Below are positions 1 to 17,143 of a DNA stretch of 64,000 bases, piece by piece. The stretch is from NCBI RefSeq assembly GCF_009914755.1, contig NC_060931.1; one strand, 5' to 3'. A program made the translations under genes and the position numbers. Source of the DNA: the human T2T-CHM13v2.0 reference genome, Homo sapiens. Under the pieces are notes generated by a model, which was given only the letters and a program-made list of their open reading frames with translations, was not told where the DNA came from and ran no database searches. How positions within the stretch are numbered: the stretch's first letter is position 1; each line of letters begins with the position of its first letter.

Positions 1-370
1 ATAAAGGCTTATCAAATACATTATATTAAACACATGTTATAGTGTATGACCATTATCCAGAACAGGAAAATGAGGCACAGAATAACCAGGTTTCCTATTT
101 TAGCGTAGGCCTGGAATTGTAATTGCTATTTCAGTGCAGAGTGTATAATATAGTTGGGATTATATTGTTAGACATTTTATAGATTTCCTTTCTGTTTTTG
201 TTGTGCTTATTCTTTCCTTGCTGTTAGTTCGTATTGCTATGGGCATGCTCTTACTCCTCATCTGCCTCTTTTCCTAATTTGCTGTTTTAGATTTGCTACG
301 ACTAAGGAACCCAGAACTGAGGTTGACAGAATACTATGTAAAAAGAAAAAACAACAACAACAAAGACCTT

Positions 371-820
371 AGGCGGGGTGTGATGGCTCACTCCTGTAAT
401 CCCAACACTGGGAGGCTGAGGTGGGAGGATCGCTTGAGCCCAGAGGTTCTAGATCAGCCTGGGCAATGTAGTGAGACCCCATCTCTAAAAAGAAAAAAGT
501 ATAAAAAACAAAACAGGTGGGGCGCAGTGGCTCACACCTGTAATCCAAGCACTTTAGGAGGTTGAGGTGGGTGGATCATCTGAGGTCAGGAGTTTGAGAC
601 CAGCCTGGCCAACATGGCAAAACCCCGTCTCTACTAAAAAATACAAAAAAATTAGCCAGGCGTGGTGGCAGGTACTAATCCCAGCTACTGGGGAGGTGGA
701 GGCAGGAGAATCACTTGAACCCAGGAGGTGGAGGTTGCAGTGAACCGAGGTTGTGCCACTGTACTCCAGCCTGGGTGACAGAGCAAGACTCTGTCTCAAA
801 AAACAAAACAAAACAAAAAC
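371..820 (+). mobile_element. Alu monomer followed by full AluS
   Basis: ggctcactcctgtaatccca heads, A-rich linker and tails. Confidence 0.9.
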
Positions 821-1686
821 AGAGGCCAGTGTAGCCTGCCCAGTGGGCTTTAGGGCAGTTTAGTTTTTCTGCTGCTTGTTGGTTGTTTTGGTTTACTGTT
901 GGGTCCTCAGCTATTTCCTCAGTATTGATGTTGCAAGAAGCATGACCCTGGGAGATGTGAGACATTACTGCATTATGTATTAAGTAAATATTTTCAGAGC
1001 TGGGCTAGCTCCCTCTGCAGTGTTTTGACGAGGATGGCACTACATAGGTTGTCCTTGTGTTGAACCAAACTATTTTAACTCCATTTTAAATGACTTCATT
1101 TTTTTCCAAGTATAATTATTCATGGCACGTAAAGGAAGTATTGTAATTTAAGTGAACAGAATTAAATAGAGGACAGTTGTATATTTAATATAAAATTATT
1201 ACTCATGTAAATTTGCATTAGGTATACTTTTTAAAGTTATTCAGTATTTTATATAATGGGCATTATTTGCTGAATAATTATAAAAAACTACTGTCTATTA
1301 TATTCAGTAATTTGTAATTACATGACTTTTGTTTAACAAACATTTTCAGTGTGAAGAGTAGTTCCAATTGTGTACAAAAAAAAGGATGGTGCTTCATGCA
1401 AGCTGTATATTGATTATTGATAGCAGGACTTTTCAGTTACTGTTTCCACTGTGATAGACAAAGCTGGTTATGGTGTAAAACTGTTCTTTGCATATTTCAG
1501 ATACTTTGTTCCACAGCTAAGAAAGTGTTTTCCCTTCCTGTTTTAAGCATTCTAGTTTTTCATACTTAGATGTGGCAGAGCTTACTTAGCATTCCGAGTA
1601 GATGCAGCAGTTTGATAGCTTCATCAACATTTATTGCAGCAATAGTGCAGTGCCTGTGACTTAAAACTAATTCATAACCTTCAGGC

Positions 1687-1963
1687 TTTTTTTTTTTTTT
1701 GAGACGAGATCTCGCTGTGTTGTCCAGGCTGGAGTGGCAGCCTGCCTTGACCTCCTGAGCTCAAGTGATCCTCCTGCCTCAACCTCCTGAGCACCTGGGA
1801 CTACAGATGTGCACCACCACACCTGGCTAATTGTTAAAATTTTTTTGTAGAGATGGGATTTCACCATGTTGCCCAGGCTGGTCTTGAACTCCTGGGCTCA
1901 AGCAATCCTCCTGCCTTAACCTCCCAAAGTGCCGAGATTATAGGGGTGACCCACTGCACCCAG
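1687..1963 (-). mobile_element. AluJ-like
   Basis: polyT then gagacgagatctcgct...cccagc. Confidence 0.88.
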
Positions 1964-2363
1964 CTTAGGCTTTGTCGGAATGAAGCAAAACATGGTGTTT
2001 AGAGAGAGAATGTGGAGGAAGGAACGTGATGCCCTGTCAGTGAAACTGAAAGTTGAATGATAGCTCATGGAAAGAGGAAGTGAAAAAGGTAGGATACATC
2101 CAAGTGATTGAAATATGACAAGAATGGAACAAAAATTTTTTCAAACAAAAACATCTCTTATTTTATAAATAAAAAGGTTCATAGTAAAAGCTAAACTATG
2201 TCTACAAAATATCTATTATAGGCTACTGAATATTGAAATGTAAATGAATTTCTTCTAATATAGCTAGAAAAGGTTATGGTAAATTGCTAAACAATAAGGG
2301 ACATTATTTATATTCATTTCTTAGTAAGATTCCACTAAAATTAAGATTAGTCACTTTATGTAA

Positions 2364-3062
<699 letters not shown>

Positions 3063-3084
3063 CTAGATATAAAGAAGCTATAAT

Positions 3085-4395
<1,311 letters not shown>

Positions 4396-5453
4396 TTACC
4401 AACTTCTTTTATCCAATATTAATTATATATGTATATAAAATATATATATATCCTTTCCGTATGTGTGGAGAGAGAGAGAACGTGTGCACTCAAGCACCAG
4501 AGAGGAATGGGTAGAAATACGTATCCCCAGTGGGATTATCTTCCATATATATATATTTTTAGGCTTTTTGGGCTTTGCCAAAATTTAAATTGTTGCTTCC
4601 TTTGAATGATAGGTTCTTGGTGAGTTGATAACAGCATGATGCTGAAGCTTGATTTCTTTGTTGGCCAGTGAGTCATTCCATTCCATGAGCAGCTGTTTTA
4701 CAAGTGCATGCAGTTGGTTAAAGGGGCACCTGTTGGATTTTTGGCTTGATCATTGCCAGTCCATTTACACTGTGAGAAAAAAGTAACTTAGTGTTCAAAA
4801 ATGAAAAGACCTGTCATTTTAAACATGGGGGATCTGTAGCTACTTCACTAGTATGAGATGTCTTTGTTGTCATATTGACACCCCTTTTATTTTTTGTCTT
4901 AGTCATCACCAAACTGTAACTTACAACACTTAGTGCCCTTCTAGGTACATTGCATAAAGCTTTGGTTGATTTTTGCATGGGTTTAACAGTATTCAAAAGT
5001 GTTCAATATTCAGAGTATTCAAAAATTTAACATTATTTCAGGAGTAGTTTTGCTTAGGTTCTTTGTTTAAATTTATAGATTCTTTTGTAATATGTAAAAT
5101 TCCTTTTTCCTCCTTGTTCACTAACAATGTAGTGTTTGTTTTCAGTTACCATCAGAGTTAAGATTCTTATTGTGGTTTACTGTTCTCTGAGATTTTTGTG
5201 TGGTGTGAAAGTTTCTCTGTAAAAGTCTAAGAGTTTTTCCCCCTTTTAAGAAATAATTTCTTAAAGCCCCCAAGATTATTGTTTTGATGATTCAGAACTA
5301 TAATCAACTTTACTATACAAAGTCCTAATCTGTAAAGATTGATTTCATAGGTTCTCTGATTTACAGATCTCTGAAAAACTAATAGGGTATAAAATCTAGG
5401 CTCTCTCTCCTATTAGTACTGAACACACTATAAAATTCCTTGTTGTTTACTAG

Positions 5454-5811
<358 letters not shown>

Positions 5812-6531
5812 AGGGTCTCACTTTTATTCAAGTTAGTATTGCCTTATTAGTTGTTTCCCCAGAGAAGATAGTGACAGGGATCAATTATAACTAAAATAGT
5901 AGTTCTCCATATGTATCATGAATCAAATTTTGTGTGTGGAGACCTTGTGGGGATTGCAGTGGGCATGGGGCAGAGATCTCAGTTAATTCTTACGCCGTTT
6001 ATATCCTCTACTCCATTTCTTGAGAGCCAAATAAATTAGTAGATCTTCTTCTAAATGGCAAGATATTAGAAAATATGTTAAAACTGCATTAGGAAATATC
6101 TACTAGGAGTTTATATATGAAATAATGAGTTTTGGCTGGAAGTTACAGAAACTCTTTTCTATTCATATACAACTTAAAAATACTGGAAATTCTTTTGGTG
6201 TGAAATTTTTTATATTTGCCAAAATAATATTTAATTTTAATTTGTATAAATTCCTTTCACAATGAAAATTCATATCTGAGCATTTCTAATGACTCAACAA
6301 GAGAACTCTCACTTTTCCACTTTAAACAACCATTAGTAATTTTTATAATAAAGTTTGAGAAAAAGAAAAGATAATTTGAGGTTTTTTTTTTAGTTGAGAA
6401 GAATGCGTAATTTTTTAATAAATTCAAAGGGTGAAATAAGGTAGGCAATTTTAATAGGCCTCAGAATTTTAATTGTATGGCAGGAGAGTCTGTCTACTTT
6501 TTCTCTAGGATTTGTACTTAAATTTTTTTAA

Positions 6532-6957
<426 letters not shown>

Positions 6958-7086
6958 TAGTTCATACCTATTAATATATTCAGAAAGCATCTTGATTGAA
7001 AGATCCTTTGAATTATTCTGTGATTATTTTCCTTTATTCTATATACTCATAACCACATCCTACTTTTTAAATTAAAAATTTGTCTC

Positions 7087-7183
7087 AAACGCTTGCAGTG
7101 AGCCAAGATCATGCCACTGCACTCCAGCCTGGGCAACAGAGTGAGACTCCGTCTCAAAAAATAAAAATAAAAAATAAAAATAA
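7087..7183 (+). mobile_element. Severely 5'-truncated Alu with TSD aaaaatttgtctc
   Basis: Only the last ~70 nt of Alu plus an (aaaaat)n tail; TSD at 7074-7086 and 7184-7196. Confidence 0.88.
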
Positions 7184-7549
7184 AAAAATTTGTCTCCCAC
7201 TTAACCTTTTTCTTTCTATTCTAATATTGCAGTCCAATAAAATCAGGCCCACATCCCCTCATCTGTCTAGTTCCCTTGCCTCTATTCATCTTCTCTGGTT
7301 CATCCTATATATTGTCACTGGGTTCATCTTAAAACACCCTTTTCATTTTGTTAATCCTCTACTCCATTCTTTTCAGTCTTTCAGATCAAATCCTAGATAA
7401 CTTAGTATTTACTCGAGCCTCTACTTTATGCAAGTCAGTGGGAATTCAGAGATAGTCACAAGCTTGCCTCTGATACTTTCACATTCGAGTAGAAAGTCAA
7501 TCACGATACAATAAGTTAAGTATTCAGAGTGAACTACAGGGAGCTATTT

Positions 7550-8890
7550 ATTTACTCATTCAGTAAATATGATTGAACACTTACTACTTGCTAGGCACTT
7601 TGCTAAGATGATAGGATATGAGAGACATGGACTCTGCCAAGCATAAGCATTATTTAGTTAGTAGGCAGACACATAAAGAGATAATTATAAATACACAATG
7701 GGTAATATAATTCTGGGTCCATGAAAAACACAGAAGAGGGATATCTGATTCTATCTTGGCAGTTAGGGAAGGCTTTCTGGATGGATAAACACTGAATGAA
7801 GCCTTAAAGGATGGGGAGGAACTGCCCAGGTGAGAAGGGAGTGGAAGGTGAGTAGAAGCTTCCAGAAGAATGAGACAAAATGGAAAAAGCACAGAGATGT
7901 GGAATCGTTTGACTTGTTTTGGGGAAGGTATTGTATTACCTACCTTGTTTGGTATTATTGGAGTATAAAGCTATTAGCAAGATGTGGCAAGAAATGAGAC
8001 TATAGGCTAGGGCTCCATCTTGAAAATCCTTGAATCTATGTTAAGGAGATTGGATTATATCCTGTAGATTGTGGGGATCTATTAATGAGGGGTATTTTTG
8101 TGTTTTATATATTTTTTAGAGGCAGAGTCTCACTCTTTCACCCAGGCTGGAGTGCAGTGGCGTGATCATAGATCATTGCAGCCTTGAACTCCCAGGCTCA
8201 AGCAGTCCTCCTGCCTCAGCCTCCTGACTGAGGACTACAGGCATGAGCCACCCCACCTGGCTTATTGATGAGTGTTTAAGCTGGGGAATAATATGGTTAG
8301 CTAGATTTGCATTTTAGATAGATGTATTTGACAGCTGTGTGGAGGATAGGTTGAGGAGGATAAAACCATTTACGAGGCTGTTGAAAGTACAAATGACAGA
8401 CAGTGAGGCAGGAACAGAGGGGATACATCAGTAAATATTTAGAAGGTAAAATCAGCAGAACTTGGTGACTGGCTGGATCTGAAAGGTAAAGGATAGTGAG
8501 CATGGAGAGGAGGTTTCTGTTACTACTAAGAAAAATGTGGTCAAGGTTTCAGTTGTTGACCTAGGCAAGATTGTGAAATCAGTTTTGTACATTTTTTAAT
8601 TAGAAGTTCTTTATTATACATCTAAATGGAATTTTTCAAAGATTTTGAATTGATAATTGTAGTGGTTATGAGGTTGGACTGGACCAGACCGTCTAGGCTC
8701 AAATCCTGACTGCCATTTACTAGTTTTTTGGCATCAGGAATTTACTTAACCTCTCTGTTGCTCTGTTCCTCCTCTGGAAAATGAGAACAATAATAGTACC
8801 TGCCTTGGTACTTGCGGTTGTTGTGAGGATTCACTAATAAGTCTAAAACATTTAGAACACTGTCAGTCTATAAGAAGTGTTCAAGAAGTG
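7550..8890. mobile_element. Degenerate L2 and MIR fragments, with an Alu monomer at 8112-8262
   Basis: L2 3' motif tcattcagtaaatatgattgaacac; MIR core tcaaatcctgac...ttacttaacctctctg...gttgtgaggatt. Confidence 0.6.
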
Positions 8891-9133
8891 TCAGTCATTA
8901 TCATCATTATCGTCATTCTGGAGCATAGAGGATTAAGCTATATAGCAGAAAATGGGATTGGAGAACTAGGGATCAGATAATGAGGAGCCACATATGACAT
9001 TTAAAATGGTGTGGATGTTATCCTAACAGTAGTGGAAAACTGTTAAAGAATGTCTGTCATTGATAACTTCTAATGTTATTTCTTTACCCCCCGCCCCCCC
9101 CACACACAAAAATCTCATCTTAAGATAGGTATG

Positions 9134-9150
9134 CTGCCACCAGGTGGCAG
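9134..9150. promoter_or_regulatory. Candidate CTCF site, palindromic
   Basis: ctgCCACCAGGTGGCAG matches the CTCF core consensus CCAC/GC/TAGG/AT/GGGCA/G. Confidence 0.6.
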
Positions 9151-9559
9151 TTATATGTTATGTTGTACAAATGAAGTAGTAAAAACCATTATGTGTTTCT
9201 TTTTTAACATAAAATATTTACTTGATTAAAATAGCCAAGTGTAAGCAGTCTAATTCTAGTAGGACTCTTTTGTTCCAAAACAAAACAAAACTCGTTAAGT
9301 GAAGGAGAGAAAAGAGAGGGTTATTGTAAAGATGTGGAGATTTCAGAGGAAGGTCAGTGTATAGCTGGGTCTCATGGAAACTGAAAAGCCATTGGAAACT
9401 GGTGCCATTCTCTCCATCATTTTTTCTCTCACTTTCACAATATGTTATACTCCTCTGTTTGTAGATCAGCTTCCTTGCCTGCATGTCAGTTTGCACATGA
9501 CCAAAATTATGGGATGAGTCTCCAAATCTGTTCTATCCAATGGAATTGTTTCCTACTAA

Positions 9560-9847
<288 letters not shown>

Positions 9848-9937
9848 CCAGTAAATATACTTTAAAAAGAAAGAAGGGGAAAATAAAAATTATATAAATC
9901 ATAGAAACACATCTACTCATAGAGTAATCATCTAGCC

Positions 9938-10100
9938 TAGAGGCTCCCAAATTTTGCTGCATATAGGAAACACCTGGGAAGCTTTACAAATTTTTTGATG
10001 CCTACATTACATCCCATACCAAAATCAGAAAATCTGCAGTGTCAGGCCTCACTATTTTTTGTAAAGATCCCCAGTGAGCAATAGACTTTAGGACCCACTA
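9938..10100. mobile_element. MER5-like hAT MITE
   Basis: ctcccaaattttgctgcatataggaaacacctgggaagcttt ... tttaggacccact termini. Confidence 0.5.
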
Positions 10101-10970
10101 ACATAGCCACTTTACTTGATTCTACAATACTGTGCCAGCTACTTTACTTGGTGTGGAACTAAAGGAATAGGGATGATTCAATGCCAGAAGGAAAATTGAC
10201 TATGTTGGATACAAAGAGAAGTGTTTTATAGTCTGTAACATGTTTAATAGGTTGATTATATAAACTGTACTTTATAGATGATTTTAGGAGTATCTGTAGA
10301 TTGATATGATTATTGTATGACACACTCATTTTAGAATCCTTTATATAAGATGAATCTCCTCGTGTTATCTTTCTGGACAGCTTCTTACCTCCTTGTTCCC
10401 TAATTCTAAGAGAAGAATCTAAGTGACTGACCTTTCTTTCCTTATCAAACTTAGGGTGGGAGGAGAGGCAGGGGTGTCATGGATGGGAGAAGCTATGAGC
10501 ACTGACCAGTTCCCTCAGAAGGAAGTTCTACTTACTTTAAAAATACTTAAATATTTCTTCTAAAAAAGAATATATGTAAAATGTATGTATAAAATAAAGA
10601 CTGATGATAAAAAGAACACCTCTATACCTATCACCCTGCTGAAGAAGCATACACATACGAATATATTTGAAACCTTTCCTCATCTAATCCCAACCCCTCA
10701 CCACTTGAGGTACCTATAGTTCTAAATTTGTTTATTTCCTTGCTTTTCTATACCACATATATGTACACATACAACATACTAGTTTTCCTGTGCTTGAACT
10801 TAATGGTATCATATGAAGTCATCAGTGATTTGCCTTTTGTTCAGTATCATGTAGAGCATGTTCACGTCTGCATAGTATTCCATTATAGGAATTTACGTCA
10901 GTATCCATTGTGAGGTCAGTAAGTATTTGGGTTGTTTCCAGTTTTTGCTATTGTAAATACTGCCACTAAG

Positions 10971-11213
10971 TGACATGATCTTGGCTTGCTGCAACCTCTG
11001 CCTCCCGGGTTCAAGTGATTCTCCTGCCTCAGCCTCCCAAGTGGCTGGGATTGCAGGCACCTGCCACCATGCCCGGCTAATTTTTGTATTTTTGGTAGAA
11101 ACAGGGTCTCGCCGTGTTGGCCAGGCTGGTCTCGAACTCCTGACCTCAGATGATCGCCCACCTTGGCCTCCCAAAGTGCTGGGATTACAGGTGTGAGCCA
11201 CTGCACCCAACCG
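10971..11213 (-). mobile_element. AluS lacking its 3' tail
   Basis: Begins at gacatgatcttggct directly after an L1M fragment, with no polyT. Confidence 0.85.
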
Positions 11214-11397
11214 CCTTGAATTTTTTTCTAAGTTTACTTTTTATTTTCAAAAAATTATTATGTATTTCCTCATTTTCCATAAGAACATTTTAGTAGTGTT
11301 TCCTCATCAATAAACACAAAAAAGAGTCTTTACTATGCTATTTTCACTATTAACTTTAATTCAGTAATAAGCAAATCTTTGTTAAAAGTAGAGATGG

Positions 11398-11700
11398 AGG
11401 CTGGGCGCGGTGGCTCACGTCTGTGGTCCCGGCACTTTGGGAGGCTGAGGCGGGCGGATCACGAGGTCAGGAGATCGAGACCATCCTGGCTAGCACGGTG
11501 AAACCCCATCTCTACTAAAAATGCAAAAAGTTAGCCGGGTGTGGTGGCAGGCGCCTGTGGTCCCAGCTGCTCAGGAGGCTGAGGCAGGAGAATGGCGTGG
11601 ACCCGGGGGGCAGAACTTGCAATGGGCCGAGATTGCACCACTGCACTCCAGCCTGGGCAACAGAGTGAGACTCTGTCTCAAAAAAAAAAAAAAAAAAAAA
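11398..11700 (+). mobile_element. AluY with TSD aaaagtagagatgg
   Basis: AluY diagnostics, A tail, flanking direct repeat. Confidence 0.92.
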
Positions 11701-14150
11701 GTAGAGATGGGATTTCTAGCCTCCTAAATGCCAGACAAACAATCTAACATAAAATTTACCTTGAATAAGATATATGATATTGATTCTGAGCTGCTTTGTA
11801 TTTTTTCTAACTTTGGCATCTGTATCTTGGTGCTTTCTATTAGACTGATAGAGTTTTAGAACCTAAGGAGTATGCATTGTACTTCAGCGCTTTTTTCTTC
11901 ATTACTTTCTGTGTATATAGACAGCATATTTTTTTTTGTAGAACATTAACCCAGATTGCTAATAGCTTCATGTTATGGCATTCTTCCACACAGTCCAGAT
12001 TGATTTAAGGAAAAGCAGAAATGGAAGTCAAAGTGTGTTATAAATTGAGACTGAAAAACGTGCTCTAAAAAAATAGATTTAATTTCTTACACTGTGAATA
12101 GCCATTGTATTGTTTTGTTTCTGATAAATCAGTTGTTTTGGGCTTCTATTTTTGAACTGTTAAAAAATTTTGATGCTTTTTGTGGATAAAAGTAGTGCCT
12201 CTCTTTATACAACTGATGGGGTTTTGAAAAGTATGTAAGTTGCCTTTTTTGTTAAACTTATTTTAAATGCTTTAGTATTTAAAGGGTATATGTTTTTAAT
12301 TAATCTGCATATTTAAAAACTTTTTGTAACGCGAATAACTACTTCCTGATTTACATCTCAATATATTCTCCTTTCATTTGCCCAATTAAAAAAATATGTA
12401 GTCTCTATTATTGCTGTTTACTAATAGTTTTAGATCCCAATGTGTATTAGAATTATAGCTACAAAAAGTTGCAAGTAAAATTTAACAATTTCCTATTGAA
12501 ACAGGATCTCATTATTATGTTTTTAAATGTGTAGAATTAACACTTTAAATAAACAGGTGTGAAAATTGTAAAGGAATATATATGACAACTATTTTCTGTA
12601 CATTAACGTCCAAACATTATACTTGTTTTTCATAATAAAAAACATTTTGAAACAAAATTTGCTGAGTTTAGCATAAAAGCATCTTTGAATTATTTCTGAG
12701 TTTCCTAAAATATGCAACATTTTAATCTTGGCATATCTAATCCTATGTGCTGTTCTATAAGAGGTACACTGGACTTCTAACCACTATATGTATTTAGTAG
12801 AATAATGGAATCACAAAGGAACAAGAATTCCAGACTTATAGTTTGAAATGTATCATAAACAACCCTTTCATATTTTAGGTTAGTAGCTTTGGATAGCTAT
12901 TTAACACAGATGAGTACAGTTAGCTTTATATATATTATCCTCTGAGTCTTATCTATGACAATGTATATTTAGATTAAATATGTTCCTCCTGTAACTAAAG
13001 TTGCATCTTTGCAAATGATGAAAGTTCATTTCAGCAGACACAAATTCTTTAAAAGATTTGGGCTATAAACTAACACTTCAAATTTTGTAATAATCAGTAT
13101 ACTTTTATCAAGAATGAAATTATTTCATGCTTAATTACCCTCCTTATTTTGTTTCCATAATAAAACTATTTTCAGAAAAAAAAATACTGCCCCTGTGCTA
13201 TTTTTTTCTGTTCTGACGTACAGCACATGCCAAGGGTTTAGAGATATGCAGAGATTATGATCCCAAGGTCCTTCAGTCCTTGGGGAGTAGTGACTACATT
13301 CAGGAATGGAGTAAGAAGAGGGAGTGAAGTCAAAAGCAAACTGATATTCATGTGTTTATTACATGCCTGGTTTCATCACATAAATGATCTCTGACAGATG
13401 TCCATGGGAGCTGATGATGGATACCTGATGTCCATCAACATGGATCACTATGCTGACCAGATGCAGCAGTTCTTTTATTTTTTAGTAAATATTTCCTGCA
13501 AAAATATATCCATATGAAAGGGAATAATGTATAATGTAGGTTTATAAATGAGTTAACCTCAGATGGTAAACTGGCATGCATTTTATGCTGTTGAGAGAGT
13601 GTCTATTTGTTACAAATATACCTTGCTTTGGGCATTCTCCTTTACATAAACTGTGCAGTGTTATTTGTTGTTTATTTTTAATGGGATTAAACTTAATAAT
13701 ATACTTAGGGTAGATAACGTTAGGGGTAAAGTGCCGTTCTTCTCACTGTTCATTGTTAGCAGTAACTGAGATGACTGTAAAATGAAGCAGAGATAGGATA
13801 GGTGACATCTAAACAGCACTTTCTTTAGGGATAAGATTTCTAGTAGGTATGTAGTTGTATATATCCTTTAAAAATAGTGATATTAGCATATGGGCCCACG
13901 ATAATTTTATTAGTAAATATACTTTAGAGTTGTGTGAGGGAGGCAGGCAGTAAAGATCTTTCAAAGAGAAAAACAATTACCTGTTGTGTTATAACCTGCA
14001 AGTAATGATTTTGAATAGTTTGTTGTTTATTCTTTTTCTTCTATGCATAAGTAAAACGTTACTTAAATCTTACTCTATATATGCAGCTTTGTTCTTTTTT
14101 ATCCAAGTTTATGTTGAGAGCATTTTTGCTCATTAAGATTTTTTTTTTGA

Positions 14151-14850
<700 letters not shown>

Positions 14851-16446
14851 ACATACTCTTTTTGAAACATTATTTTCCAACAAACATTTGTGTCTACTAT
14901 GTGGCAGGCAGTGAAATTGTGTTAAAATATGTAACATTAAGATGGTTCCTTAAGCTGCAGAATTTGTTTTCTTTTTAGACATGACGGTGGTCCAAAACCT
15001 TTATTTAAAAAAAAATTATATTAAATGAGATTATAGGCTATAAGTAGGACTGGACTGGTCACTCAATATGTAAAGTCCTGTGGTCTTTTCCATTCCTGAT
15101 TCCCTCAGGCCTGTTTGGCACTGTTATTTTCCAACAGTTTGTATCTTTGTGATATTTAAGAATACTTTAAAGCATCCTTAAAATGTTGCTTTTGTCTTCT
15201 TTACTTTCAGTTGCCTTACTTCAACTTCATTTACAAATGGTCTTTGGGACAACTGTTATAATCTTTTTATTTCCCTAGTTAGGCTACTGGAGTTTTGTTG
15301 TAGTTGTTTGTATTAGCATTCATGTTTATCATTCATTAAGGAATACTAAAAACGTTTAAAGGCAGCATTGACAAGTATATATAGTCATCATAATTAGAAT
15401 TAATTGGTATTTCTTAGCTTTTCTACAGCAAAAACAAAAAACAGCTCTATTTACTGCTATTTTTGAATACTGGAGAAACTAGGTAACACATTTAAGTAAT
15501 ATTTTGTACCATTCTCTCGAGTATATTTGTTTCATCGTGTTTGTTTTTATTTTCTCTCCAGTCTTGTCAAAAAAGCACTTGTCTGTTTGGTGATATCACT
15601 TGCTCATGTTCTTTAAGTTACTGTTCTAGGATTGGGGTGTAATGACAGATGAATGAAAAGCAGGATGAGAATGCATGGAAAGCAAATGGTATAATGGAAA
15701 GTTGGATTTTGAGTCAGATATTGTTGTTCCATTTTATTTTGCTGCTTACTGCTTATGATCTTGGGCAGATAACCCATATTCATCTTTAAATCTTGGTTTC
15801 CACATTCTTTCAACATTTCCTGACTTCTCCCCACACGACCCCATTTAAATTAAATTTTTTCTGTGTGAGGCTCTCCTAATACCTTTTTCTTCAAAGCACT
15901 TTTTATCACTTGAGATGATATATTTCTGTGTTTATCTATATTTAATTTGTTTTTCCCACCTGTATTACAATTCATGAGAGTAGGGTTTATACCTCTTTTA
16001 TTCCTCACTACATGTCTTACTTTAGCACAAAGTTGCATGCATGATGGGCAGTCAATAAATATCTGTTGAATAAATAAACTACTTACTACCTGACATATGC
16101 CAAGTTATTTTCTTCACAGGTAAAACTCTACAACCACATCTCTTTTGGAAAGACTTATATGAAGAAATCAGGACAAGGGAGGTTCCCATACCACCTCCTT
16201 AAATATATATAGGACTGCTGAGTTTATGAAATTGTGTATTAACTTTTATCTCATTTATTTCTCACAACTTGATGAAATGAGAGACTGTTATTAAATAATA
16301 GTAGACTAAAGGGTCCTACTGTTAAGATCATATATTTTGACACATGTCTAGCACAGTGCCTGGCACATAATGAACAATGAACACTCAAGAAACTGAAGAG
16401 ATTCCAAATAGTTGATTTTTTTGAATTGACATTATAAAAACTTGGC

Positions 16447-16757
16447 TTTTTTTTTTTGAGACGGAGTCTCACTCTGTTGCCCAGGCTGGAGTGCAGTGGT
16501 GCCATCTCAGCTCACTGTGACCTCCGCCTCCCGGGTTCAAGTGATTTTACTGCCTCAGTAAAATCCCGAGTAGCTGTAATCCCGAGTAGCTGGGATTACA
16601 GGCGCCTACCAGCACACCCAGCTAATTTTTGTATTTTAGTAGAGACGGGGTTTCACCATGTTGGTCAGGCTGGTCTCTATCTCCTGACCTCAGGGGATCC
16701 ACCCGCCTCAGCCTCCCGAACTGCAGGGATTACAGGTGTGAGTCACCACACCTGGCC
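16447..16757 (-). mobile_element. AluS with TSD aaaacttggc
   Basis: Alu consensus match and TSD; internal rearrangement at 16543-16601. Confidence 0.9.
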
Positions 16758-16841
16758 AAAACTTGGCATATTTTATACAGCATTTTGAAAATTCATTGTT
16801 TTATTCAGAATGATCATTTGTTAAGTTAAAAATATTGAGTT

Positions 16842-17143
<302 letters not shown>

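Noticed and set aside
1-1000. AKAP9 promoter or exon 1
   Set aside because: No CpG island and no MEDEERQKKLEAGKAK coding sequence is present; exon 1 must lie upstream of the window.
13411-13457. C/D box snoRNA-like motif set (TGATGA...CTGA...CTGA)
   Set aside because: The C-to-D span is only ~45 nt, with no terminal stem and no recognisable rRNA guide. A covariance-model search would settle it.
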